A DNA stretch of 64,000 nt from an uncultured Alphaproteobacteria bacterium (GCA_934277435.1 CAKQUE010000001.1:781-64780); one strand, 5' to 3'. Counted from the stretch's first letter, positions 38,379 to 47,991 are shown. Translations and numbers: made by a program. Notes: a model not told the origin generated them from the sequence alone.

Positions 38379-39164
38379 TTATTTTTCTTCTGTATCTGTT
38401 TTAGCACCATCGCTTTCTGCTTTTTCTTCGGCTTTTTTCTTTTCTTCGGCTTGCTTTTGTGCTTCAGCACGCTTTTCTTCTTCAGCCTTTTGCTGGTCAT
38501 GTTCATCTTTCATACCTTGATAAACTTTCATACCAGATTTACCGGCGGAATCATAGAGATTTTTGCCCACTGTGGTAATAGAGCCGCCGCTTTTAATTGC
38601 GTCAGCCCCGCCAAACGCTGCGTCTGACGTGCTGCGCCCATATTTTTTCACCCAGCTGTAAGCCTGACTCCATTTACTTTTTTTAGCCTTTTCATTATTT
38701 GCTTTTTGAGCTGCATCAGCTTGTTTTTGCGCTTCTGCATTATCTTTAGCTGTCTCTTCGGCTGCTTTTGCTGCTGTTTCTTGATTTTTTTCTTTTACTT
38801 TAGCTTCTTCTTCTTTTTTCTTTTTTGTAGCGTCAGCACCGTCTTCCAAAACCTGTTTGGAATCGGCGTACATTTTGCCATATCTATCATAATCGCCACG
38901 TTCTATTTTGCCAAACAATTCGCCGGCAGCAGCAGCATAACCACCGTTTTGGATTTGTCTGATAATATTCAGATTGCTTTGGACTTCTATTTGTACTTGT
39001 TTTGCTATTTGTGATGCTTGTTTAGCAGAATCGCCCAAACGTTTCCAGTCCACTGTCGGTAGCGGATAAGCCATGCAAACGGAAGACCACATATAAATTA
39101 AAAGGCTTGCCAAGGTGCAAACAACAATATTTACTCTAAAAACTTTCATAACGTCCTCCGTCAA
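38379..39164 (-). CDS. Secreted Lys/Glu/Ala-rich low-complexity protein (261 aa), VirB5-position
   Basis: Signal peptide then helical low-complexity; immediately downstream of virB4. Confidence 0.4.
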   Translation of the reverse strand: MTEDVMKVFRVNIVVCTLASLLIYMWSSVCMAYPLPTVDWKRLGDSAKQASQIAKQVQIEVQSNLNIIRQIQNGGYAAAAGELFGKIERGDYDRYGKMYADSKQVLEDGADATKKKKEEEAKVKEKNQETAAKAAEETAKDNAEAQKQADAAQKANNEKAKKSKWSQAYSWVKKYGRSTSDAAFGGADAIKSGGSITTVGKNLYDSAGKSGMKVYQGMKDEHDQQKAEEEKRAEAQKQAEEKKKAEEKAESDGAKTDTEEK

Positions 39165-39232
39165 ACCTTATTATAATTATATACTCTTATAGTACCTTAT
39201 TTTTTTGCAAAAGTTAAGACTTTTTCAAAAAC

Positions 39233-41662
39233 CTAGGCAATATTTAAATATTTTGTAACAAATCCATCTTCCCCATATTCTTGAATGAGTTGTTGAACCA
39301 ACAAAACATTTTTTCTTCCTGAATTGTAAATACGCAAATATTTGCCTAATCCACCTAAATTTACATCCAAAATAACCGATTCACCAGTTACTGGGCGTGA
39401 TAATAATATGGCGTACGGAAAATCGCGGTAACTTTTACCAAAAATAAAATCAAGTTCGCTTTGAGTCAAATTCCAGTTGGCGTAGTCTTCTATCTGTGCT
39501 TGCGGGTTGCGGAAAAAGATAACCGTTTGACATTGACCGCGAATAACCTCGCCGACACCTAACTTATCAACAATATTCGGTTGTTGGAAGGCGCAGAGAT
39601 AGGCTTGACGTTTTTTACGTCCCTCTTGCAAACCAATTATAAAGTAATCACGGAACATTGGGTGTTTTAACATTGGCGCCGTTTCATCAATCATAATCAA
39701 TGACGGCACACCGGTTTCACCAGTTTCAGATTGAATACGATGCATAATATAGCTGATTACCGCCGGCGCAAGGTTTTCATCTTCAAAAATATGTGTAAAG
39801 TCAAACGCCATAAAACGACGGCTCTTCAAATCCAAACTATCGTCTTGCCCATTGAAAATAGCACCATACTGATCCGGATTTACCCAACGGTATAATTCAC
39901 GACGCATATTTCCGGTTGGTGAAAAACAACTCTTATACAAGTTTTTCAACAAACGTTCTTCCGGCCGCAAATAGTCAAATGCCGTGGTAATAGCGCGTGC
40001 AACTTCTCTTTCGGCCAACGCATCGTCAACCATGGTGATAGCTTTCAACCAACGACGCAAAAATGCTCGGTTTTCAGGAGTATTTGCGCAGTCAAACGGA
40101 TTAAGCGATACATTTTTTTCATCACCGTCGAAACCTACATAAGCACCTTTAACAGCGCGGGTAAAAATTTGAGCACCCAAGTGTCTATCAAAGAAGAAAA
40201 CTCGCAAATCACCATGCCGCATAGCTTGTCCGGCTAAAAATGTGAGCAATGTGGTTTTACCTTGACCAGTAGGACCGATAATGCAACAGTGCGCCACGGC
40301 AGACTCTTCGCTGGACACATGGAATTGAAAACGATACGCTGAACCCGACATAGTTCTAAACACAGTAATAGCGCCATTTCCCCAGTCACTTTTGCTAAAT
40401 CCTTCCGCCGGTTTATCCATAGTTGTCGCCATAGCGATAACTCTTGACAAGTAGCGATACGTTCTTGGATAGGTGTCGTATGTTGGAAATTGCGTAAAGA
40501 ACACAGCTTGATTAACCCAGCCTTCTCGAACAGGTGTCACACCAAACGCGCGACAGATACGTTGTACTTCAGATTCCCCAAAATTTATCTCTTCTTTTGA
40601 TTCGCCTTTGATAATCACTGTAAACGCATATTCACACAGCGATTGATAGTTATTATCACTATCATCAATAGCAGCTAAAGCTTCGCTGTATTGGTCCGAA
40701 ACATTTTCTGAAAAGCTGGTAACACGCGACATTCTTTGTTGCTGCATCAAAAGCATACGCCCTTCCGAACGGAAAAGCGGACGGATATTTTGCAATATTA
40801 CTAGCTCGCAATCAATAGCATTCAGCGAATAAATCATACTTTCATCCATAGCTTCGCCGCTGGAACGAATACCCATAGCAATTTCATAGAGATTTTTTTC
40901 GCCGGAAAAGAAATGAATTATACCTTCCTCTTTGGTAAAATGAATATGGTCGGCAGTCAGCATCTCGCACAATCTAGCGCCTTCAACATCTCTAACCTTT
41001 GGCTCTGGTTTAGAAATAGGGCTGCATAGCCGCGAAAACAAATAAAACGGGCTATCCTCTGCCTTACTTTCAGGAGTTTCATACATTGGTCTGACACCGT
41101 ATTCACTTAAAGTAGAAAGCAAACTTTGAGAAGCGTAGTTCAAATCTTTTAAAGCGTCCTTACGGTCAATAACCGACAGAATTATATAGTGCTTGTTGCT
41201 ATACACCCTATCCATATTTTGGAACCAAATTTGCGAAATTGTGTCAAGCAGCTGGTTATTGAAATCTCTTTTTTCTTTTTCCAATGAAATTCTTTCACGC
41301 GTTGTGATAACTCGGCAGACAATTTGCATATTAGCCATATCATCAATCCACGATTTGCGAGCCTCCATCATGGAATATACTTTTTCTCCAGTGGCGGCAG
41401 ACAAATCCATACCCTCAAGTTTGAAAACACGGGCAAAAGAATTATTACTGCACTGGATAGTAACGCCATCAGACATCAGTTTGGTAAACGGTAAAAAATC
41501 TGAAACGCGAGATTCCCTTGGCTGCGGCAAAACCATTCGACCGAATCTGGTTGAAAGCAAAACCGCAAACGACGCCGCCGAAGCAATACCAATCAAAGCC
41601 ACAATTACTTGTAAGCTGTTTAATCCTTCGACAAATATACTCATAAAATCATAGTTATTCAT
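39233..41662 (-). CDS. virB4: T4SS ATPase VirB4/TrbE/CagE
   Basis: 809 aa; Walker A GPTGQGKTTLLTFL; VirB4 length and position after virB3. Confidence 0.85.
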   Translation of the reverse strand: MNNYDFMSIFVEGLNSLQVIVALIGIASAASFAVLLSTRFGRMVLPQPRESRVSDFLPFTKLMSDGVTIQCSNNSFARVFKLEGMDLSAATGEKVYSMMEARKSWIDDMANMQIVCRVITTRERISLEKEKRDFNNQLLDTISQIWFQNMDRVYSNKHYIILSVIDRKDALKDLNYASQSLLSTLSEYGVRPMYETPESKAEDSPFYLFSRLCSPISKPEPKVRDVEGARLCEMLTADHIHFTKEEGIIHFFSGEKNLYEIAMGIRSSGEAMDESMIYSLNAIDCELVILQNIRPLFRSEGRMLLMQQQRMSRVTSFSENVSDQYSEALAAIDDSDNNYQSLCEYAFTVIIKGESKEEINFGESEVQRICRAFGVTPVREGWVNQAVFFTQFPTYDTYPRTYRYLSRVIAMATTMDKPAEGFSKSDWGNGAITVFRTMSGSAYRFQFHVSSEESAVAHCCIIGPTGQGKTTLLTFLAGQAMRHGDLRVFFFDRHLGAQIFTRAVKGAYVGFDGDEKNVSLNPFDCANTPENRAFLRRWLKAITMVDDALAEREVARAITTAFDYLRPEERLLKNLYKSCFSPTGNMRRELYRWVNPDQYGAIFNGQDDSLDLKSRRFMAFDFTHIFEDENLAPAVISYIMHRIQSETGETGVPSLIMIDETAPMLKHPMFRDYFIIGLQEGRKKRQAYLCAFQQPNIVDKLGVGEVIRGQCQTVIFFRNPQAQIEDYANWNLTQSELDFIFGKSYRDFPYAILLSRPVTGESVILDVNLGGLGKYLRIYNSGRKNVLLVQQLIQEYGEDGFVTKYLNIA

Positions 41663-41949
41663 GGCTCAAACTTGTTTCCTTGCACTGCGTATAAATTATG
41701 GCTTATTTTATTACTTTGTCCATAGGCTTGAAGCATGGTTGACAAATGTGGCTCTTTAAAACCAGCCACAACCAGAGCTGCATGTGCGACAATTATACTG
41801 AAAATAAAATACAAAGGGTTTAATCCAGATATTCCAACTCCCATAAACAACATCGGAAACTGAATACCCAAATTAATCATTGACGGCACCATAGGGGCAA
41901 ACAAAAATTTGGGCGGCTGAGCCACAGCTTTTAAAATTTCTTCCCGCAT
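41659..41949 (-). CDS. virB3: VirB3/TrbD-like small inner-membrane protein
   Basis: 96 aa, two hydrophobic segments, 4-nt overlap with virB4. Confidence 0.6.
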   Translation of the reverse strand: MREEILKAVAQPPKFLFAPMVPSMINLGIQFPMLFMGVGISGLNPLYFIFSIIVAHAALVVAGFKEPHLSTMLQAYGQSNKISHNLYAVQGNKFEP

Positions 41950-41950
41950 A

Positions 41951-42379
41951 TTATCTCCTCCGCAATTTTTGTTTAAGTTCCAAAACAGACTTAGTATCTT
42001 TCACGGCTGAAAAAGCAACTTGGTTAATTTGCTGATAGCTTTTGGAATTAACAACCACCAAATTTTTTTTCTGAGCAGTACGTTTCACCGTATCTTGATA
42101 CTGCCGAGTCAACTGATTTTGTTCATCCAAAGCCATTTGGGCTTTATCCTCGAGTAAATCGGCTATATCATTTTCACTATTTATTACCGCGTCAGGATTT
42201 TTGGCCAAGACTTTATCTATCTCTCGTAATTTTTTTATTTTAATTGCTGTAGCGGCGTTAAGTTTATACAAATTAGAAGTTTGCTCTCCCGGAGTTGCCT
42301 GAGCTTCCTCAACATTCATATACGCCAATGCCGTATGACTTAGCAGCATAAATGAGAATATTGATAATAATAACTTCAT
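41951..42379 (-). CDS. Secreted coiled-coil protein (142 aa) between virB2 paralogs and virB3
   Basis: Signal peptide MKLLLSIFSFMLLSHTALA; helical, charged. Confidence 0.35.
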   Translation of the reverse strand: MKLLLSIFSFMLLSHTALAYMNVEEAQATPGEQTSNLYKLNAATAIKIKKLREIDKVLAKNPDAVINSENDIADLLEDKAQMALDEQNQLTRQYQDTVKRTAQKKNLVVVNSKSYQQINQVAFSAVKDTKSVLELKQKLRRR

Positions 42380-42391
42380 TTATCTACCTCA

Positions 42392-42778
42392 TTAAGGTTT
42401 ATTTCCACTTTTCGGTACACTATTTGATTGAGCGTCTCCTGGTGGAGTTGCATTTCCTCCCACGCCGTTTGTCACCACTCCCGCGTCACCACTAACGCGC
42501 AAATAATCATGAATAGCCCCTTTCAACAGTAACGTGATAATAAAAGTACTCATCATGATATAAGCCAAAGTTTTCCAGCTAACTTTATTAAAAATGGCAG
42601 CAACAGAAAACGCCAATAGTCCCAAACCGGCTACCATATAGCCAAATTTGGCCAGACCGGTTCCCATTGCATCACCAAGATCTTTTAGTCTATCAAAAAC
42701 ATCGGCATGCGCCTCTGGTATGGACGCAAAAAGCAAAACAAGAACCATAAAAAAGAGAATATTGTATTTTTTAATCAT
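42392..42778 (-). CDS. virB2: VirB2/TrbC pilin paralog 3
   Basis: Long signal peptide, two hydrophobic helices, conserved …F(N/G)K(V/F)xWKxxA… shared by the three paralogs. Confidence 0.6.
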   Translation of the reverse strand: MIKKYNILFFMVLVLLFASIPEAHADVFDRLKDLGDAMGTGLAKFGYMVAGLGLLAFSVAAIFNKVSWKTLAYIMMSTFIITLLLKGAIHDYLRVSGDAGVVTNGVGGNATPPGDAQSNSVPKSGNKP

Positions 42779-42788
42779 TACTTATCTC

Positions 42789-43151
42789 CTATTTGACACC
42801 AATTAAATCGGCACTTAGCTCATTAGCGCCAATCAAACTTGTGGCGGCCCAAGACATTACAAAAACGCCGATAGAAATAGCGGCAAACCATTTCCAATTG
42901 AAGCTACCGAACATACCAGCAATACAACAGCAGGCGATACCAATTGTTGCCGCAGGAGCTATAATCTTATACAATCCGGCAAAAATACTTTTACCGGCAT
43001 TATTTAAGGCATCAAAAGTTTCAGCTGACGCAGCAAATGCGCATAAGAATACTGAAAGGAACAAACCGATAGTATACTTATTGCTATCTAAAAATTTCAA
43101 CATTCTTATAAACATTTCATCCCTCCAAAATTTTATATTTATTTTTCCCAA
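42789..43151 (-). CDS. virB2: VirB2/TrbC pilin paralog 2
   Basis: As above (…FGSFNWKWFAAISIGVFVMSWA…). Confidence 0.6.
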   Translation of the reverse strand: MGKINIKFWRDEMFIRMLKFLDSNKYTIGLFLSVFLCAFAASAETFDALNNAGKSIFAGLYKIIAPAATIGIACCCIAGMFGSFNWKWFAAISIGVFVMSWAATSLIGANELSADLIGVK

Positions 43152-43175
43152 AGAGGCACTGGGTGCCTCTTTGGA
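43148..43175 (-). terminator. Stem-loop immediately downstream of first virB2 paralog (possible attenuator/partial terminator)
   Basis: ccaaagaggcac-tggg-gtgcctctttgg 12-bp perfect stem, AT-rich flank. Confidence 0.4.
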
Positions 43176-43184
43176 AGGATAAAA

Positions 43185-43538
43185 TTAGATACCAGTATTA
43201 TTACCAAGGGTATCCTCAAATTGGTTACCAACTGCATTATTGGTATTTGCAGCATAGTTAACAATAGCACCAGCGGCGGCCACAACAGCCAAACCAAAAG
43301 CCAAAGCAGCAAACCACGGCCATTTTACTTTACCAAAAATAGCTTGGAACGCCAAGGCCACCAAACCAAAACCACCAATCATAAAAATAACAAGTTTTGC
43401 GTTTGTAAACAAGTTGGCCATTTTTTTGATGGCCGTACCAAACACAGAATCAGCGGCAGAGGCATCTCCGAGCATAACAACTGTAAACAATAATGACATT
43501 GTTACAATGCTCAAAATATTTGATTTTAAAAATTTCAT
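43185..43538 (-). CDS. virB2: VirB2/TrbC pilin paralog 1 (first gene of the vir operon)
   Basis: 117 aa; …FGKVKWPWFAALAFGLAVVAAAGAIV…. Confidence 0.65.
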   Translation of the reverse strand: MKFLKSNILSIVTMSLLFTVVMLGDASAADSVFGTAIKKMANLFTNAKLVIFMIGGFGLVALAFQAIFGKVKWPWFAALAFGLAVVAAAGAIVNYAANTNNAVGNQFEDTLGNNTGI

Positions 43539-43601
43539 TTTAGTTCTCCTTAAGTAGAATTATATACATTTATATCTTAACGCAAATCTGTAAACTTTTC
43601 C

Positions 43602-43650
43602 AGCTTTTTTGTAGTTATGCAACTTATTGTTTTTGCTACAAAAAAAAGCT
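43602..43650. promoter_or_regulatory. Imperfect inverted repeat (AGC-T6-GTAG … CTAC-A8-GCT) in divergent virB2 / pilus-operon promoter region; third half-site TATTTGTAGCATG at 43694-43706
   Basis: Read directly from the 310-bp AT-rich intergenic region between divergent operons. Confidence 0.4.
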
Positions 43651-43848
43651 TGTCACAAAAATTTCACATTTATATACACAGCATATACGCGCTATTTGTA
43701 GCATGAAAAGGTAAATAATTTGATAATAAATAATACGGTGTAACGCTTGTTTTTGTATGGCTTACACTTTGTTTTTTGCTATTAACTCTATTTTAACACA
43801 ATTAGATGTATTCTGCCGATAAGACGGGTGTCCTATATGCCGTAGTGC

Positions 43849-45513
43849 GTGCGGATTCCTGCATTTAAGGGTAATGAAATGCCAAATTTTGGTTGGAAAT
43901 GTTTTATTGGTAGCTTTCTTTTTTCTTTAGCGGCGGTGTTTGCCTCCACTAAAGTTTATCTTTTATTGCCTATTGAGCACCAAAATCCTGTAGAGAAAAC
44001 AGCTTTCGAGGACATTGAAACCAAAAATATAGACTTATTTGCAGACAATGAAGAATCCAATCCGATTGTTGAAAAGTTCAATGAAATAAATAATAAACAG
44101 GCTAAAATAGCTGCTATTCAAGATATTGCTCCGACTACTGACACCCCAAAAAGCGTGCAATCTGATGTTTCTGTGGCAGATAAAGAGGATAAGCCCATTG
44201 AAATATCTTCACTTTCTTCAGATGTACTTTATGCTCCAGATGAAGATATGTCGGAAATTTCTGTCACTGATGCTGATAATTCAGCAAATAAAGATATTGA
44301 CGAAGCGCCAGAAATTTCTGAAAATCAAGAAACAAATCCTGTAAATAGTAACTCTTTTGAGCAAGCAATCTTGGTGGACGATACTGAAGATGAAAGCTTG
44401 CAAATTGCCGACGCCTCCGAAGCCAGACCATTTACTATACCTTTATTGCATAATTTTCAGGTTGCTGCGCAAAAAGTAGAAGTTTCTAATGAAGCTGCAA
44501 ACAGTCAAGTCGCTTTAGCCTCAAACAATGTTTTAATTCAAAATATCGGCACCGAAAACAAAATAGCTGCCGCCAGCGGAGAACCAAATAACTTAGTTCC
44601 AGACACAGCTGAGAACGATTCCGACCCTTGGGAAGTGGCAGCAGTGGGAAACTCTCATATAACAAAAAATAAAATCGATAGTTTCACAGGCGATGGAAAT
44701 AAAACTATGGAGGCTTTAGACCAAGATAAGCTTGCTGAGGCTAAATCGCCTAACGAAAAACAAGTTGCGTATAAAATGGTTAAAAACATTTTAATCCCAA
44801 TTCCAGAGGACATCGCTAATGATGAAAATTTGACGCCGCAGCTTTCTTATTCGGAAGAAAATAAAAAACTAAGCGAAAAATTACAAAAAGAAGGCATCTT
44901 AAATCCACCAACACCAATAAAGGAAGAAATAAAAAACAAAGAAGAAACGACCACAACTCCTGTGCCTTTGACTAACAATCAAAGTGAAAATAAACTATCT
45001 GAACCGAGCCTCACTGATAGTATTGCAGCTTGGTTTTCTTCCAATCCTTCGTCAGATAATAATTCTACAAACAATAAGGCGGATAAAGATAAAGATAAAG
45101 ATAAAAATAAAAAAGAAGAAAGCAGCAGTTCTACTTTTAGCAAACTTTTGGGACTAGGAGCCAAAAAAGACAATAATATTGCTCCCTCAGAACTGAAACT
45201 AGCTTTTCAGCCCGACCGCGCAGAGATTTCTGGACAGACGCTTGATTGGTTAAAAGCTTTTTCTCTGAACGCTGTTAACAATGAAAACGTGTTTGTAGAA
45301 ATACGCATTGACGGTTCAAGCTCTTTTGAGCTACAACAAAAACGTTTGAACCTTCTATATTCAATCTTAGTAAATAATGGTGTTGATTATAATAAAATTA
45401 ACATAATTTTTACGGATAGAGAGCCAAACTCTTTTATTATTAGAAATGTTAGATATGCCAGCGAAGATGATGCTATCAATGTTCATAAAAAGGCTTACAA
45501 TCCATGGTATTAA
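43849..45513 (+). CDS. Acidic bitopic/secreted protein (554 aa), first gene of pilus operon
   Basis: N-terminal hydrophobic segment FIGSFLFSLAAVFA; long acidic region with KDKDKDKDKNK stretch; C-terminal β-rich domain. Confidence 0.4.
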   Translation: MRIPAFKGNEMPNFGWKCFIGSFLFSLAAVFASTKVYLLLPIEHQNPVEKTAFEDIETKNIDLFADNEESNPIVEKFNEINNKQAKIAAIQDIAPTTDTPKSVQSDVSVADKEDKPIEISSLSSDVLYAPDEDMSEISVTDADNSANKDIDEAPEISENQETNPVNSNSFEQAILVDDTEDESLQIADASEARPFTIPLLHNFQVAAQKVEVSNEAANSQVALASNNVLIQNIGTENKIAAASGEPNNLVPDTAENDSDPWEVAAVGNSHITKNKIDSFTGDGNKTMEALDQDKLAEAKSPNEKQVAYKMVKNILIPIPEDIANDENLTPQLSYSEENKKLSEKLQKEGILNPPTPIKEEIKNKEETTTTPVPLTNNQSENKLSEPSLTDSIAAWFSSNPSSDNNSTNNKADKDKDKDKNKKEESSSSTFSKLLGLGAKKDNNIAPSELKLAFQPDRAEISGQTLDWLKAFSLNAVNNENVFVEIRIDGSSSFELQQKRLNLLYSILVNNGVDYNKINIIFTDREPNSFIIRNVRYASEDDAINVHKKAYNPWY

Positions 45514-45559
45514 CTTCTGCTTGCTATTTTAATTTCAACCTGTATTATAGGAAAATACG

Positions 45560-46339
45560 ATGAGATACAACTTTGAAAGAAATATTATGACTAATAAACT
45601 TGCTTTGATGAGTTTATGCTTGAGCTTAGTAATGATAAGCGGCTGCGTAAGCGACAAAAGTTATATGGAAGAAGAATGCGAAAACGGTATTTGCACCAGT
45701 GAAAAAGAGTATCGTGAAGTTTGCACAGAAACTCCTGATGGCTTCAGTGTATGTGAAGACAGTGTTGAACCAGCAGAAAACGTTAACTATACCAGAACTC
45801 AAGCCGATTTCCGCAAATATGGCGAGCGTACTCCTAGAGATCATCGTATTACGCAAGCCGGCGCCGGAAACAATATTTCGGCTGCCGTTCCGCCAAGCAT
45901 AGATGATGAAGTTGTTGATTATGAAGCTGAAGTTATGGAACGCGATACTCCGACAACACCTTGCGCGGATGGTGTGACACCTGCTGGCGCACCTTGCCCT
46001 GCTGCGGCTGTGAATACATCTGCTGCGGAAACAGAAGAGAATACCGAAACAAATTCGGAAGAAGAAGATCAAAATAAAGATTGGTTGGCTGAAGAAGGTC
46101 AAAGCCTGAAAGAATTATTAACAGCATGGAGTGAAGAGTCCGGCTGGAGATTAATTTGGAAAACCAACCGCAACTATACTTTAAACGCAGGCGCTATGTT
46201 CAGAGGTAATTTTGCCGATGTATCGTCTGCCCTTGTACGCGCTTTTGCCCGAGCAAGACCTGCTCCAATAGCCACATTTTATAAAGGTAACCGCGTCTTG
46301 GTAATTGAAACTATGGAGGACGAAAATGCGTATGACTAA
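45560..46339 (+). CDS. Lipoprotein with TcpQ/PilL-like C-terminal domain (secretin partner)
   Basis: Lipobox VMISGC; Cys-rich N-part; C-terminal …RGNFADVSSALVRAFARARP…FYKGNRVLVIE…; overlaps the downstream secretin gene, whose start is taken at 46326. Confidence 0.45.
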   Translation: MRYNFERNIMTNKLALMSLCLSLVMISGCVSDKSYMEEECENGICTSEKEYREVCTETPDGFSVCEDSVEPAENVNYTRTQADFRKYGERTPRDHRITQAGAGNNISAAVPPSIDDEVVDYEAEVMERDTPTTPCADGVTPAGAPCPAAAVNTSAAETEENTETNSEEEDQNKDWLAEEGQSLKELLTAWSEESGWRLIWKTNRNYTLNAGAMFRGNFADVSSALVRAFARARPAPIATFYKGNRVLVIETMEDENAYD

Positions 46340-47972
46340 TTTACTGAAACTTGCCGTTGTTGGAATTTTAGGCGTTACTGTTGCTTGTTCCGTTTCACCG
46401 GAAATTGACGAATCTATCTCGCGTCAAACCGAAAACGCGTTAGATTTGAAGCAAAAAGCCGCCGTTCCGGGCGACCCTATTCCAGATGACGTTGTAAGAG
46501 TTAAAAACGATATTTGGCTTGGCGACACCAGCAGTGTTGAATTTGAAGGTCAGCCTGTTCCGGCTTATTTGGAAACTAAAGATGGTATTACTTTAATTAG
46601 TAACCGCCCGATTACCCTTTATGAAATCGGCTCAATGATTAATAAAATCACCTCTCTTTCGGTACGCTATGCTCCAGAATTAGAAGAAAATGCCGTTGCT
46701 AATGCTGATAAAAACCAACCGGCAATGAAAGACATCGGTGCTCAATGGACAGATTCAACCAAGATGATTGTAAACTACAAAGGTCCTATCAGTGGTTTGC
46801 TTGACGAAGTTTCTAACCGTTTTGGAATTTGGTGGAAGTATGAAAAGAATGAAATCTATTTCTACAAATACATCACTAAAACATTTGTTCTTTATTCTTT
46901 ACCGACAAATCCGTCTCTGAGCGTTTCTGTTGGCGGTTCCGGCGGCTCTTCCAGCATTTCGCAGAGCAGCTCAGTTGACGGTATGGATATGTGGGCAAAT
47001 ATTCAAAGCACAATCAGTTCTATGATTACCTCTGATTCAAACTTGGTAATGGATAAAGGCGCGGGCACAATTACTTTGACTGCCACACCGACTGATATCA
47101 AACGTGTTGCAAAATACATTAATGAACAGAACCAACGCGTTTCAAAACAAGTTGCAATCAGTGTAAAAGTTATTCAAGTTAACATCTCTAATGCTGATAA
47201 ATATAGTCTTGACTTGTCTGCAACATTTAAAGGACGCGGCTCAATAAAAGATGTTACTGGGCACAACACATCAAGTATTGATAATCCTTTGACTGATTTA
47301 ACAATGGGCATTAGTTCAAGCCGTTGGAGTGTTGACGCCGCTATGCAGGCCTTGTCACAAGAAGGAAATACAAACCTTGTGACCAGCGGTACGGTAACAA
47401 CAATGAATAATAAACCGGCTCCAATTCAGGTGGTGAAAACACAAAACTATATTTCACAAATCACCAAAACAAACAGCGGCGATTCAGATACTTATGATAT
47501 TTCTGTAGAAACAGAAGAAATTGAGACAGGTTTCACCATGAGCGTTTTGCCAAGAATCTTGGATCATGGTCGTATCTTGATGTTCTTTAACTTAACTCTA
47601 TCTGATTTGTTATCTCTTGACGCGATAAATGTTTCCGGCGGTTCATCTTCTGACAGTTCATCATCGGATAAGACTGATGACAGTGACAGTGATAGTGACA
47701 GCAATTCCGGCGGTGACAGCGAATTTATTCAAAACCCTGTTATCGAAACCCGCGGCTTTACTCAAGAAGTTGCACTTAAATCTGGTGATACTTTGATTTT
47801 GGCAGGTTATGAACGTGTTGAAGATTCAACAGATAAGAAGGGCGTTGGCTCACCGAAAAACACTCTGTTGGGTGGTTCTCAAGCAGCAACAAGAAACAGA
47901 ACAATTTTAGTTATCATGTTAACTCCGGTTGTTTTGGAATCTCCTCTGTCGCCAGAGTCCAGAATGAACTAA
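46326..47972 (+). CDS. Type IVb-pilus-type secretin (BfpB/TcpC/PilN-like), probable lipoprotein
   Basis: C-terminal secretin domain (…FTMSVLPRILDHGRILM…VIETRGFTQEVALKSGDTLILAGYE…RTILVIMLTPVV); N-terminal signal ending …GVTVAC. Confidence 0.75.
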   Translation: MRMTNLLKLAVVGILGVTVACSVSPEIDESISRQTENALDLKQKAAVPGDPIPDDVVRVKNDIWLGDTSSVEFEGQPVPAYLETKDGITLISNRPITLYEIGSMINKITSLSVRYAPELEENAVANADKNQPAMKDIGAQWTDSTKMIVNYKGPISGLLDEVSNRFGIWWKYEKNEIYFYKYITKTFVLYSLPTNPSLSVSVGGSGGSSSISQSSSVDGMDMWANIQSTISSMITSDSNLVMDKGAGTITLTATPTDIKRVAKYINEQNQRVSKQVAISVKVIQVNISNADKYSLDLSATFKGRGSIKDVTGHNTSSIDNPLTDLTMGISSSRWSVDAAMQALSQEGNTNLVTSGTVTTMNNKPAPIQVVKTQNYISQITKTNSGDSDTYDISVETEEIETGFTMSVLPRILDHGRILMFFNLTLSDLLSLDAINVSGGSSSDSSSSDKTDDSDSDSDSNSGGDSEFIQNPVIETRGFTQEVALKSGDTLILAGYERVEDSTDKKGVGSPKNTLLGGSQAATRNRTILVIMLTPVVLESPLSPESRMN

Positions 47973-47991
47973 CAATTAAAGGAGAAAATCC

